NCBI GenBank assembly: GCA_964616935.1
Contig: CAZTVJ010000570.1
Span: 1 to 31,227, forward strand
DNA length: 31,227 nt
From: an uncultured Acidimicrobiales bacterium
GTDB taxonomy: Bacteria > Actinomycetota > Acidimicrobiia > Acidimicrobiales > Ilumatobacteraceae
Reading direction: 5' to 3'
Under the pieces are notes generated by a model that had not been told where the DNA came from, did no database searches, and worked only from the letters and a program-made list of their open reading frames with translations. A program made the translations under genes and the position numbers. Below, piece after piece: positions 17,677-27,238 of the stretch; within the stretch, counting starts at the first letter, position 1; the number at the start of each line of letters is the position of its first letter.

Positions 17677-18522
17677 GTGCGCTTCCGCCACGTCACCGCC
17701 GCGCTGCTCGCCGGTGCCCTCGTCATCGGCCTCGCCGCCTGCGGCTCGGACGACACGTCGTCCGGTGCCACCACCACGGCGGCCGCCGGCACCCTGCCGT
17801 TCAAGCCGGTCACCGCCGACACCCTCACCGTCGTCACCAGCCTGCCCGGGCCCGGTTTCTGGAACGGCACCGACCCGGCCGAGATCACCGGTGGTGTCGA
17901 GTTCGAGATGGCCAAGGCCATCCAGGCCAAGCTCGGCCTGAAGAACCTGAAGGTCCGCAACGAGAACTTCGACACCATCGTCACCGGAGCGGTCAAGGAC
18001 TACGACATCGCGCTGTCGCAGGTCACCATCACCGACGAGCGGGCCGCCGTCGTCGATTTCAGCGGTGCCTACTTCGAGAGCCAGCAGGGCATCCTCACCC
18101 GAGCCGACACCAAGGTCGCCACCATCGAGGAGGCCAAGGCCCTGAAGTGGGCGGTGCAGACCGGCACCACGGGTGAGCTGCTCATCAACACCACGCTGAA
18201 GCCCACCACGGAGGCCCAGCCCTTCCAGGATCTGGCCGCCGCCTTCACCGCGCTCGAGGCAGGTCAGGTCGACGCCGTCGCGATGGACACCGCCATCGTG
18301 CTCGGCCAGGCCGCCGGCTCCGACGGCAAGCTGGCCGTGCCGGCCCAGTTCACCCAGCCGGGTGGCCCCGACAAGTACGGCGCCATCTTCCCCAAGGGGT
18401 CGGAGAACAAGGCGACGCTCGACGCCATCATCCTCAGCTTCCTGGCCGACGGGTCGCTGGACAAGTGGGCCACGCAGTACCTCACCAAGAGCCCGACCGA
18501 CCTCACCACCATCACCATCTGA
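17677..18522 (+). CDS. Polar amino acid ABC transporter substrate-binding lipoprotein
   Basis: Signal peptide with lipobox LAAC, GVEFEMAKAI, YDIALSQVTITDER, VDFSGAY, GQVDAVAMD. AAGGAG SD 7 nt before GTG 17677; TAAGGT at 17642-17647. Confidence 0.9.
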   Translation: MRFRHVTAALLAGALVIGLAACGSDDTSSGATTTAAAGTLPFKPVTADTLTVVTSLPGPGFWNGTDPAEITGGVEFEMAKAIQAKLGLKNLKVRNENFDTIVTGAVKDYDIALSQVTITDERAAVVDFSGAYFESQQGILTRADTKVATIEEAKALKWAVQTGTTGELLINTTLKPTTEAQPFQDLAAAFTALEAGQVDAVAMDTAIVLGQAAGSDGKLAVPAQFTQPGGPDKYGAIFPKGSENKATLDAIILSFLADGSLDKWATQYLTKSPTDLTTITI

Positions 18523-18570
18523 TGGGTCGGCCGGCACGGCTCCCGCTGCTGAGCGACGGACGCTGACGCC

Positions 18571-19746
18571 GTGACCGATCCAGCCCTCGACCCCGAGCTA
18601 CCCCCCGGCTCGCAGCGGTTGTTCGACGGGTCCGACGCCCTTCGGCGTCGGCCGCCGTCGCGCCTGAAGACCCGTCTCGTACCTGCCGTCCTCGCCCTCG
18701 TCGCAGCCGCGGGGATCGTCGTCCTCTCCTGGGCCGCACTGCGCTACTTCTTCGACACGCTCACGCTCAGCCCGGGAGCGCTCGATGCGTGGCGGATCGT
18801 GCTCGTCGTCATCGGCATCGGCCTCCTCGGCTTCCTCGTACCCGGCATCCTGGCCGTCGTGCGAGCCGTCCGGGCCGGCCGGTTCGCGAAGCGCGGCGAG
18901 ATGATCGAAGCACGCATCTCGGCCGACAAGGCCAAGGACTGGATCTGGTACGTCGGCGGCATCGGCCTCACGATCCTCATCGTCGACTTCTTCCTGTACT
19001 TCCTCAGCGTCAACGACGGCATCATCCGCACGACCTACCTCGACTGGTCGCTCATCTGGGAGAGCCGCCGCCAGCTGTGGAAGGGCTTCTGGCTCAACAT
19101 CCGCGTCTTCATGGTCGCCGAGGTGCTCATCCTGCCGCTGAGCCTGCTCCTGGCCGTGGCCCGCATGTTCCCGGGTCGCCCGGGGGCGCCCGTGCGGGCC
19201 CTGGCCATTGCCTACACGGACGTGTTCCGTGGTTTCCCCGCGCTGGTCGTGATCTACCTGTTCGTGCTCGGCATCCAGCTGGCCGACTTGGACACCAGCC
19301 TGCCCATCATCGGCGGCTTCAACCGTGACGACCGGTTCTTCTGGCTCATCACGTTCTCGCTCGTGATCGTGTACGTCGCCTACGTCGGCGAGGTGTACCG
19401 CGCCGGCTTGGAGAGCGTCCACTGGAGCCAGACCGCCGCGTCACGGTCGCTCGGGCTGTCGCACGCCCAGAGCCTGCGCCACGTCGTCGTGCCCCAGGCC
19501 GTGCGGCGGATCATCCCCCCGCTCCTCAACGACTTCATCGCCCTCCAGAAGGACACCGCGCTGCTGTCCACGGTGGGCGCCCTCGAGGTGGTTGCCCGCG
19601 CCCGCCTCATCGCCAACCAGGAGTTCAACCTGTCCCCGATCTTCGGCGCCGGGCTCTGCTTCTTGATCATCACCATCCCCATGGCTCGCGCCACGGATTG
19701 GCTCATCAAGCGGGACAAGCAGCGCACGCAGGCCGGTGTCAGCTGA
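18571..19746 (+). CDS. Amino acid ABC transporter permease with long N-terminal membrane extension
   Basis: YTDVFRGFPALV, AYVGEVYRAGLESV, LGLSHAQSLRHVVVPQAVRRIIPPLLNDFIALQKDTAL (EAA-like loop). Confidence 0.9.
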   Translation: MTDPALDPELPPGSQRLFDGSDALRRRPPSRLKTRLVPAVLALVAAAGIVVLSWAALRYFFDTLTLSPGALDAWRIVLVVIGIGLLGFLVPGILAVVRAVRAGRFAKRGEMIEARISADKAKDWIWYVGGIGLTILIVDFFLYFLSVNDGIIRTTYLDWSLIWESRRQLWKGFWLNIRVFMVAEVLILPLSLLLAVARMFPGRPGAPVRALAIAYTDVFRGFPALVVIYLFVLGIQLADLDTSLPIIGGFNRDDRFFWLITFSLVIVYVAYVGEVYRAGLESVHWSQTAASRSLGLSHAQSLRHVVVPQAVRRIIPPLLNDFIALQKDTALLSTVGALEVVARARLIANQEFNLSPIFGAGLCFLIITIPMARATDWLIKRDKQRTQAGVS

Positions 19747-20489
19747 TGGCCTTCCTCGAGCTCCGCGACGTCCACAAGCGCTTCGGCGCCAACGAGGTGC
19801 TGCGCGGCATCGACCTCTCGGTCGACGAGCACCAGGTGGTGTGCCTCATCGGCCCGTCCGGTTGCGGGAAGTCCACGTTGCTGCGCTGCATCAACGCGCT
19901 CGAGACGATCGAGGGAGGTGAGATCGACATCGACGGCGAGCGGGTCAGTGGCGCCGGGGTGGACGTCAACGGCCTTCGGCGCGACGTCGGCATCGTCTTC
20001 CAGAGCTACAACCTCTTCCCCCACATGACGGTGCTCGAGAACGTCACGATCGCCCCCCGCAAGGTGCTGCGGCTGCCCAAGCAGTACGCGAGGGAGCGCG
20101 GGCTGGCCCTGCTCGAACGAATCGGGCTGGCGGCCAAGGCCAACGAGTACCCGGACCGGCTGTCCGGTGGTCAGCAACAGCGGGTGGCGATCGTGCGGGC
20201 ACTGGCCATGGGCCCGCGGCTGCTGCTGCTCGACGAGATCACGTCCGCGCTGGACCCAGAGCTCGTCAACGAGGTCCTCAACATCGTGCGCGAGCTGGCC
20301 ACCGAGGGCATGACGATGCTGCTCGCCACGCACGAGATGGGGTTCGCCAAGGAGGTCTCGTCGAAGGTCGCGTTCTTGTTCGGCGGGGTCGTGTGCGAGG
20401 AGGGCCCGCCCGAGCAGATCTTCGACGACCCGCACGAGGAGCGCACCAAGGCCTTCCTGCGCAGCATCACCGAAGCCGGCAGGTTGTAG
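19746..20489 (+). CDS. Amino acid ABC transporter ATP-binding protein (GlnQ-like)
   Basis: [51 protein letters not shown] overlap with the permease. Confidence 0.95.
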   Translation: MAFLELRDVHKRFGANEVLRGIDLSVDEHQVVCLIGPSGCGKSTLLRCINALETIEGGEIDIDGERVSGAGVDVNGLRRDVGIVFQSYNLFPHMTVLENVTIAPRKVLRLPKQYARERGLALLERIGLAAKANEYPDRLSGGQQQRVAIVRALAMGPRLLLLDEITSALDPELVNEVLNIVRELATEGMTMLLATHEMGFAKEVSSKVAFLFGGVVCEEGPPEQIFDDPHEERTKAFLRSITEAGRL

Positions 20490-20593
20490 GAGCGCTCAGG
20501 CGTGTTCGGCTCGTAATCGGGCGGCATCCACCAATTCACATGGCGCGGCGAGTATCACGGTGCCATCAGGCCCCGACCCACCCAGGGAGCGCC

Positions 20594-21997
20594 GTGACCA
20601 ACCGACTCGCCTCCGAGAGCACTGCCACGAGCCGTGAGGCCGTCCAGGGAGGAGGTGAGCCACCAGCGCCGAAGCGTCGCCGGCGCACCCCGGCCGTCGA
20701 CCCGGACCGGGCTCGCATCTACGTGCTCGACACCTCGGTCCTGCTGGCCGACCCGAAGGCGCTGTTCCGCTTCGACGAGCACGAGGTCGTCCTGCCGCTC
20801 GTCGTGCTCACCGAGCTGGAGGGCAAGCGCCACCATCCCGAGCTGGGCTGGTCGGCCCGCCAGGCGCTGCGGACGCTCGAAGCGCTGCGCACCTCACATG
20901 GCTCGCTGCTGCGACCGATGCCGGTCAACGAGCAGGGTGGCAGCCTGCGGGTGGAGGTCAACCACGCCGATACCGCTGGCCTGCCGAGCGCGTTGCGGGC
21001 CGACTCCAACGACCACCGCATCCTCGCCGTCGCGCGCAACCTCGCCAACGAGGGCAGCGACGTCGTCGTCGTCACCAAGGACCTCCCGCTCCGCCTGAAG
21101 GCCAGCATCGTCGGGCTCGCGGCCGAGGAGTACCGCAACGAGCTGGCCACCGACACGAGCTGGACCGGCTTCGTTGCGCTCGACGTGGACGGCTCCTGGA
21201 TCGACGAGCTGTACGAGACCCGCACCATCGACCTCCCGGACGGCCGCGACCTTCCCTGCCACACAGGCCTCGCGCTCACGTCAGGTTCTCAGTCGGCACT
21301 CGGGCGCGTGCACCCGGACAAGCGGGTCCACCTCGTGCGCACCGATCGCTCGCTGTTCGACGTGCGGGGCCGCTCGGCCGAGCAACGGCTCGCCATCGAC
21401 CTGCTCTCCGACCCCGACATCGGCATCGTCTCCCTGGGCGGCAACGCCGGAACCGGCAAGAGCGTCCTGGCACTAGCCGCCGGGCTCGAAGCCGTGCTCG
21501 AACAGCGCACGCACAAGCGTGTCGTGGTCTTCCGGCCGTTGTTCGCGGTCGGCGGCCAAGAGCTCGGGTACCTGCCCGGCAGCGAGAGCGAGAAGATGCT
21601 GCCCTGGTCGGCGGCGGTCATCGATGCCCTCGATTCGATCATGGGCCCGGAAGTGATCGAGGAGGTGCTCGACCGCGAGCTGCTCGAGGTGCTGCCGCTC
21701 ACCCACATCCGCGGCCGCAGCCTCACCGACAGCTTCGTCATCATCGACGAGGCCCAGAACCTCGAGCGCTCGGTCCTGCTGACCGCTCTCAGCCGTCTCG
21801 GCTTCGGCAGCCGGGTCGTGCTCACGCATGACGTGGCCCAGCGGGACAACCTCCGGGTCGGTCGCCACGACGGGGTGGTGTCGGTCATCGAGGCCATGCG
21901 GGGCCACCCGCTCTTCGCTCACATCACGCTCACCCGGTCCGAGCGCAGCCAGATCGCGGCACTCGTCACCTCGTTGCTGGACGGCCCCGGCTTCTAG
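20594..21997 (+). CDS. phoH2: PIN-PhoH protein (PhoH2 / YlaK type RNase-ATPase)
   Basis: PIN motifs [24 protein letters not shown]; GNAGTGKS Walker A, RGRSL, IIDEAQN, HDVAQRD. GGGAG SD before GTG 20594. Confidence 0.9.
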   Translation: MTNRLASESTATSREAVQGGGEPPAPKRRRRTPAVDPDRARIYVLDTSVLLADPKALFRFDEHEVVLPLVVLTELEGKRHHPELGWSARQALRTLEALRTSHGSLLRPMPVNEQGGSLRVEVNHADTAGLPSALRADSNDHRILAVARNLANEGSDVVVVTKDLPLRLKASIVGLAAEEYRNELATDTSWTGFVALDVDGSWIDELYETRTIDLPDGRDLPCHTGLALTSGSQSALGRVHPDKRVHLVRTDRSLFDVRGRSAEQRLAIDLLSDPDIGIVSLGGNAGTGKSVLALAAGLEAVLEQRTHKRVVVFRPLFAVGGQELGYLPGSESEKMLPWSAAVIDALDSIMGPEVIEEVLDRELLEVLPLTHIRGRSLTDSFVIIDEAQNLERSVLLTALSRLGFGSRVVLTHDVAQRDNLRVGRHDGVVSVIEAMRGHPLFAHITLTRSERSQIAALVTSLLDGPGF

Positions 21998-22040
21998 CTC
22001 GGCGGTCGGCCAAGATGGGTCGATCGATCCGCACGCTCGT

Positions 22041-23771
22041 CTGCCACCGTCGCCCGACCACCGCGCCAGCCTGGGCGATCGGGCCCGCGCCTACCCGTGG
22101 CCGTTCGGCATCAACCCGTCCCTGCGGCACTACGAGCGGGCGTGGTTGACCAGTGACCTGTCGGCCGGCGTCACGGTCGGTGCGCTCACCATCCCGTCCG
22201 CCCTCGGGTATGCGGAGGTCGCCGGCCTCCCCCCCGTGTTCGGGCTCTATGCCGCCATGGTCCCCATGGTGGTGTTCGCCCTCCTCGGATCGTCCCGCCA
22301 CCTCGTGCTCGGCCCGGACGGCGCCTTCGCCGCCATGATCGGCGCCGCCCTACTGCCCGTCGCCGGCCTCGACCAGGCCCGCGCCGTGCAGCTCGCCCCG
22401 GTGTTGGCGCTGCTCGTCGGTGGGCTGTTCCTGCTCTTCGGGCTGCTGCGCATCGGCTTCCTCGCCAACTTCCTCTCGAGGCCGCTGCTCAGCGGCTTCA
22501 TGACCGGGCTGGCCATCACCATCGTGGTCGGCCAGCTGCCCAAGGTGCTCGGCATCAGCGTCGATGCGGACTCGACCATCGCCAAGGCGGCCGAGATCAT
22601 CCGGGAGCTGGGCGACACCGAGGGTTGGTCGCTCCTGCTCGGGAGCACCACGATCGTGCTGGCGCTCGTGCTCGCCAAGGTGCAGCCGCGCCTTCCCTCG
22701 GCGGTGCTGCTGCTGCTCGTCGGAGCGGGACTCGTCGCCGTGCTCGCGCTGGAGCGCCGCGGGGTCGCGACGGTCGGCGACATCCCCACCGGCCTCCCGC
22801 CGGTCGGCGTGCCGGATGTGACCTACAGCGATGTCACCGGTCTGCTGCCTGGGGCACTCGCCCTAGCCGTGCTCGGCTTCGCCGATGCCGTGCTCCAGTC
22901 GCGGCGCTACGCCGAGGAAGCACGCTACGAGACCGACCCGAACCGGGACCTCGTCGGCCTCGGGGTCGCCAACCTCGCCGGCTCGTTCGCAAGCGGCTAT
23001 CCGGTCGGCGCCAGCGCGTCGCGGTCGAGCGCGTCCCTGGCCGGCGGTGGCCGCAGCTCGCTGGTGTCCATCGTCGGTGCCGTCGTGATCGCGCTGACCC
23101 TGCTCGTGTTCGGACCGGTCATCGAAGAGATGCCACTCCCGGTCCTGGCCGGGGTGGTCATCGCCGCCGCGCTGCGCCTGATGACATGGGGGGAGATCCG
23201 GGCGCTGTGGTCCACGCGGCGACCCGAGTTCTTCGTCGCCATCGCCGCGCTCGTCGGCGTCGTCCTCACCGGCGTCCTCACCGGCGTGGCCATCGCCCTC
23301 GGCCTCTCGCTCGTCAACTTCATGCGGCGGGCGAGTGCGCCGCACGACGCCGTGCTCGGCCGACGACCGGGAGTCCCGGGGTGGCACGACGTGGCGCGCC
23401 ATCCCACGACGACCGTGCCGGGCCTGCTCGTCTACCGGTTCGATGCTCCGTTGTTCTTCGCCAACGCACAGGTGTTCCGTGATCGCGTCCGCGCGCTCAT
23501 CGACGCCACCGAGCCCACGCCGCAATGGCTGGTCGTGCACGCCTCGGCCATCACCGAGCTCGACGTCACCGCCACCGACACCCTGCGGCGGTTGTTCGAC
23601 GAGCTCTCCGAGCAGGGCATCACCGTCGCGGTGAGCGGTGCGCACAGCCGGCTGCGACGACGCATGGCGACCCCCGAGCGCCCGCTCATCCCGGCGCACC
23701 TCCAGTTCACCACCATCGCCCAAGCGGTGGAGGCCTTCCAAGCGGCATCGGCGTCCGACACCTCAGGGTGA
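22041..23771 (+). CDS. SulP family inorganic anion transporter with STAS domain (start uncertain)
   Basis: DLSAGVTVGALTIPSALGYA, GLYAA, GSSRHLVLGPD, GYPVGASASRS, YRFDAPLFFANA, LDVTA. No in-frame ATG/GTG upstream of the conserved region; CTG 22041 used provisionally. Confidence 0.88.
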   Translation: MPPSPDHRASLGDRARAYPWPFGINPSLRHYERAWLTSDLSAGVTVGALTIPSALGYAEVAGLPPVFGLYAAMVPMVVFALLGSSRHLVLGPDGAFAAMIGAALLPVAGLDQARAVQLAPVLALLVGGLFLLFGLLRIGFLANFLSRPLLSGFMTGLAITIVVGQLPKVLGISVDADSTIAKAAEIIRELGDTEGWSLLLGSTTIVLALVLAKVQPRLPSAVLLLLVGAGLVAVLALERRGVATVGDIPTGLPPVGVPDVTYSDVTGLLPGALALAVLGFADAVLQSRRYAEEARYETDPNRDLVGLGVANLAGSFASGYPVGASASRSSASLAGGGRSSLVSIVGAVVIALTLLVFGPVIEEMPLPVLAGVVIAAALRLMTWGEIRALWSTRRPEFFVAIAALVGVVLTGVLTGVAIALGLSLVNFMRRASAPHDAVLGRRPGVPGWHDVARHPTTTVPGLLVYRFDAPLFFANAQVFRDRVRALIDATEPTPQWLVVHASAITELDVTATDTLRRLFDELSEQGITVAVSGAHSRLRRRMATPERPLIPAHLQFTTIAQAVEAFQAASASDTSG

Positions 23772-23802
23772 TGCGGACAAGTCCACGGCTCGCAAAATCC
23801 TC

Positions 23803-23831
23803 TTTACAGGTTCGCCTCGTACATTTAGTGT
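23803..23831 (+). promoter_or_regulatory. Sigma-A-type promoter TTTACA-N17-TAGTGT upstream of whiB
   Basis: -35 at 23803-23808, 17-nt spacer, -10 at 23826-23831, inside the most AT-rich patch of the region. Confidence 0.7.
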
Positions 23832-23840
23832 TAAACATGC

Positions 23841-23881
23841 GAGCGGGTTGGGGCCACCACCCCTCCCGGCCCCGCCCGCTC
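23841..23881 (+). promoter_or_regulatory. Hairpin in the predicted whiB 5' leader followed by a pyrimidine run
   Basis: GAGCGGG(TT)GGGGCC ... GGCCCC(G)CCCGCTC, then CTCTTCTT. Confidence 0.45.
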
Positions 23882-23913
23882 CTCTTCTTGGTGCTGACTG
23901 GAGGCTTCCGAGC

Positions 23914-24261
23914 ATGGTCGCCATCGAACCGCTGTACATCGAACCGCCGGCCTCGGCCGACTGGACCGAACACGCGGTCTGCAAGGGCAAGACCAACGTC
24001 TTCTTCCCACCGCGGGCCGAACGGCCCCAGGCCCGGACCCGGCGGGAGGCACAGGCTCGCCTCCTGTGCGCGACGTGCCCGGTCATGGAGGCATGCCGAG
24101 ACTTTGCACGCGCCCATCGCGAGTACGGGTTCTGGGGTGGCGAGTCCGAGGAGGAACGCCACCTCGGCGGCTTCACCGTCGCGGCGCCGATCGGTGTGCG
24201 GGCCCGAAGCCGTGGCGGCGCTGACGTCTTCACCCTGGTCACTCGTCCCGCCACGGGCTAG
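23914..24261 (+). CDS. whiB: WhiB family Fe-S transcriptional regulator, WhiB3/WhiD-like
   Basis: Four Cys (AVC, LLCATCPV, EAC), FFPPRAERPQARTRREAQAR, YGFWGGESEEER. GGAGG SD 9 nt before ATG 23914. Confidence 0.9.
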   Translation: MVAIEPLYIEPPASADWTEHAVCKGKTNVFFPPRAERPQARTRREAQARLLCATCPVMEACRDFARAHREYGFWGGESEEERHLGGFTVAAPIGVRARSRGGADVFTLVTRPATG

Positions 24262-24329
24262 CGCCGCCGGCCCGACCCGCCCGGATCCGGTCCGCCATCT
24301 CCCGCGCACCCTCGGCGTAGGGTGACGTC

Positions 24330-24932
24330 GTGAACCCGCGGTCCACAGCGCCCGACATCGAGCTCCCGCCCCTTCCGCTCGACCGTCAGCGCTTCGCCGT
24401 CGTCGACATCGAGACGAGCGGGCTGTCGGTGCGGCGCCACCGCATCGTGCAGGTCGCCGTCGTGGTGGTGCTGGGAGACGGGACGGTGGTCGACCGGTGG
24501 TCGAGCGATGTCCGGGCCCTGCGGGCGGGTCCCACGTGGTTGCACGGCATCAACCGCCGGCGGGCCTGGCGAGCGCCGCCGTTTCGCGTCGTCGGCCCCG
24601 AGCTCGCCCAGCGCCTCGACGGCACTGTCGTCGTCGCCCACCACGCGCGGTTCGACTGGGCGTTCCTGGGCAAGGCCTTCCGGCGCGCGAGCCTCGAGAC
24701 GGGCGCCGGGCGCCAGCTGTGCACCCTGGAGCTGTCCCGCTCGCTCGATCCGGACCGTCTGCGCCGCCACACCCTGGACGACCTCTGCGAGCGGTACGGC
24801 GTGGACCGGGGCCGCCAGCACGATGCGCTGGCCGATGCGGAGGCCACGGCGCGGGTGCTCCCCCGCCTGCTGGTCGAGGCTGGCATCACCGACGCCACCT
24901 CGCTCCAGGCAAACCTGCGACGCGCCGATTGA
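24330..24932 (+). CDS. DEDDh 3'-5' exonuclease (DnaQ/epsilon-like)
   Basis: VVDIETSG, HGI, AHHARFD, CTLELSR, HDALADA. TAGGGT 6 nt before GTG (leaderless). Confidence 0.92.
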   Translation: MNPRSTAPDIELPPLPLDRQRFAVVDIETSGLSVRRHRIVQVAVVVVLGDGTVVDRWSSDVRALRAGPTWLHGINRRRAWRAPPFRVVGPELAQRLDGTVVVAHHARFDWAFLGKAFRRASLETGAGRQLCTLELSRSLDPDRLRRHTLDDLCERYGVDRGRQHDALADAEATARVLPRLLVEAGITDATSLQANLRRAD

Positions 24933-24934
24933 CC

Positions 24935-25870
24935 TCAGCGGTAGCGCTCCAGGACGCGCACGGCAACCCGGGTCGCGAGATCGGCCAGCTCGGGCGGGTC
25001 GGCGACCACCACCTCGGGGCCGACGCGCAGCAGGAGGCGCTCGAGCCAGCGTTCGCTCACCACCGGGAGCACGACGCGGAGGCCGTCGGGCGTGGGCTCG
25101 GACGACTCGAGCGGGTAGGCCTCGGCGACCCAGGCGGCCGATGCCGGCAGCACCAGCACGACGCGTCGCGCTTCAGGTGAGCCGGTGAACCAACCGGACT
25201 CCGTAGGCGACGTGACCGGCCGTGACGGGAACCGCTGACCGGTCGGCCGCACGGACTCGATGCGGTCCACGCGGAAGCGGCGCTCAGCTCCGGCGAGCGA
25301 GTCGTCGGCGATGACGTACCACCGGCCCCGATCGAGGAAGGTCTGATGCGGGTCGATCTCGCGCTCGGTCAGCTCGTCACGCGACGCGACCCAGTAGGAG
25401 ATGGCGAGGCGCTCCGAGGAAGCGACGCCGGCCTGTACCGCCTCCAGGTGGGGCGGTCGCAGCACCGAGACGACGACGCTCGGCGTGGCGGCCAGCGTCG
25501 CTTCCAGCTTGACGAGCGCCCGGGCCAGCGGCCCGTCCGGATCAGCACCGGGGAGCTGCTGCGCCGCTCGCCCCGCGGCAAGCAGCGCGAAGCCCTCGCT
25601 GGGGGTCAGACGCAGGGGCCGGGTGAACAGGCGAGGGACACCGACATGGATCTCGCCCTCGTCGATCACGACGTCGATCAGCTCGTCGAGGTAGGGCGGG
25701 AGACCACAGCAGGCAGCCAGCTCCAGGTCGCGGACCAGCTCGGCCTCCGTGATCTGGAACCGGGCGGCCGCCTCGGCCACCGACGCTCCTCCCCGCTCCA
25801 TCAGCCACGGCAGGAGCAGCAGCAGTCGTCGCATGCGCTCGCCCGCGGGGCGAGGTCCTGGCCGCGTCAC
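24935..25870 (-). CDS. pafC: WYL-domain transcriptional regulator, PafC-like
   Basis: RLLLLLPWL, RDLELAACCGLPPY, LRLTPSEGFALL, GRWYVIA, RFRVDRI, and a C-terminal WCX region. GTGA overlap with pafB. Confidence 0.88.
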   Translation of the reverse strand: MTRPGPRPAGERMRRLLLLLPWLMERGGASVAEAAARFQITEAELVRDLELAACCGLPPYLDELIDVVIDEGEIHVGVPRLFTRPLRLTPSEGFALLAAGRAAQQLPGADPDGPLARALVKLEATLAATPSVVVSVLRPPHLEAVQAGVASSERLAISYWVASRDELTEREIDPHQTFLDRGRWYVIADDSLAGAERRFRVDRIESVRPTGQRFPSRPVTSPTESGWFTGSPEARRVVLVLPASAAWVAEAYPLESSEPTPDGLRVVLPVVSERWLERLLLRVGPEVVVADPPELADLATRVAVRVLERYR

Positions 25871-26811
25871 GATCGCCCGCCTCCCGCCATCGCGGTCAGC
25901 CACGCCACCACATCGGCTCGCACCTCCGGCGGTGCGAGCACCTCGGCGCGGTCGACCAGGCCGAGCACCCAAGACCGGAACGCCGGCAGGTTCGTGCACG
26001 GCACCGCCAGCACCACGCTGCCGTCGTCGCGCCGTTCCACCACGGCGTCCGCACCCACCTCACGCACCAACGAACCGGCCCGCGAAGCGTCGACCAGCAC
26101 GTGCGCCAACGCCGGCTCACCGCCGCCCAGCTGCTTCGGGTCCTCCGGCACTGCCGTGGCGGCGTCGAACCCCTCGGCCACGACGAACGCGCCGCTCGGT
26201 CCTGCTTCGATCTGGCCCTCGATGCGATCGACCCGGAACGTCTTCTGCTGACCCGACTCGTGCTCGAGGCCGATCACGTACCAGAAGCCGTCCCGAGCGA
26301 GAAGTCCGTAAGGGTCGACCGTGCGACCACGACCTCGATAGCCGAACTGCACGGTCGCGCGGCGACCGTTCGCGTCGAACAGCAGCGGCAGCGCCGGCAA
26401 CGAGGGCAAGGCCGCAACCTGAGGACCTACCCGGTCGCCGAGGTCGTCGTCTCCTCCCAGCTTCAGCAGCGCCAGGCCACCGACGTCACCGCCGAGGCGG
26501 ACTGCGGCGACGGCGAGCTGCAAGGCCTCGCGCTCCTCCTGGACAAGTCCTAGGTCGGGCAGCTCGTAGGTGGCCCGATCGATCCAGTACGCCGTCGCAC
26601 CCCCGCGCTCACCCTGGAGCACGTGCTGCTCGATGGGCACGCCCAGCTCTCGTAGCTCGCTCTTGTCCCGTTCGAACGCGCCTCGGCGGGCCGCGTCTCC
26701 GTCGGGGTACTGGCCCGCGAGCTCGAACGTGATCTGCTCGAAGGTGAGTGGTTCGGAGGTCTCGAGCAGCAGGGCGAGCAGGTTGACGCGACGTTCGAGC
26801 GGGTCGGTCAT
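25867..26811 (-). CDS. pafB: WYL-domain transcriptional regulator, PafB-like
   Basis: ERRVNLLALLL, RGAFERDKSELRELGVPI, VDPYGL, GFWYVIG, TFRVDRI. Confidence 0.88.
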   Translation of the reverse strand: MTDPLERRVNLLALLLETSEPLTFEQITFELAGQYPDGDAARRGAFERDKSELRELGVPIEQHVLQGERGGATAYWIDRATYELPDLGLVQEEREALQLAVAAVRLGGDVGGLALLKLGGDDDLGDRVGPQVAALPSLPALPLLFDANGRRATVQFGYRGRGRTVDPYGLLARDGFWYVIGLEHESGQQKTFRVDRIEGQIEAGPSGAFVVAEGFDAATAVPEDPKQLGGGEPALAHVLVDASRAGSLVREVGADAVVERRDDGSVVLAVPCTNLPAFRSWVLGLVDRAEVLAPPEVRADVVAWLTAMAGGGRS

Positions 26812-26823
26812 GATGACCTCACG

Positions 26824-27228
26824 CTAGGCGTGGGACGCCCGTGATTCCTCGATCACCCGCTGCATCGTGGCCACGACCTGGTCCGAGGTGGCGCCCGGGG
26901 TCAGGACGGCAGCGACGCCCACCTCGAGCAGCCGGGCCTCGTCCTGTTCGGGGATGATGCCACCGACCACGACGGGGATGTCGATGCCCCGCAACCGGAC
27001 CTGCTCGACGACGCGGGGAGCGAGCGTCATGTGGGCGCCGGACAGCATGGAGAGGCCGATGGCGTCGACATCCTCGTCGACTGCCGCCGCCGCCACCTTC
27101 TCCGGCGTCTGGAACAGCCCGGTGTAGATCACCTCGTACCCTGCGTCGCGCAGTATGCGCGCCACCACCTTGACCCCGCGGTCGTGTCCGTCGAGCCCGA
27201 CCTTCGCGACGAGGATCCGGTCACTCAT
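26824..27228 (-). CDS. Stand-alone cobalamin-binding subunit of an acyl-CoA mutase (IcmB/HcmB/MCM small subunit-like)
   Basis: AKVGLDGHDRG (DxHxxG), YEVIYTGLFQTPE, IGLSMLSGAH, VVVGGII. Confidence 0.9.
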   Translation of the reverse strand: MSDRILVAKVGLDGHDRGVKVVARILRDAGYEVIYTGLFQTPEKVAAAAVDEDVDAIGLSMLSGAHMTLAPRVVEQVRLRGIDIPVVVGGIIPEQDEARLLEVGVAAVLTPGATSDQVVATMQRVIEESRASHA

Positions 27229-27238
27229 GCCTGCATCC

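Noticed and set aside
20490-20593. Antitoxin gene upstream of PIN-PhoH2
   Set aside because: Only about 100 bp are available and no credible small ORF with a start signal was seen.
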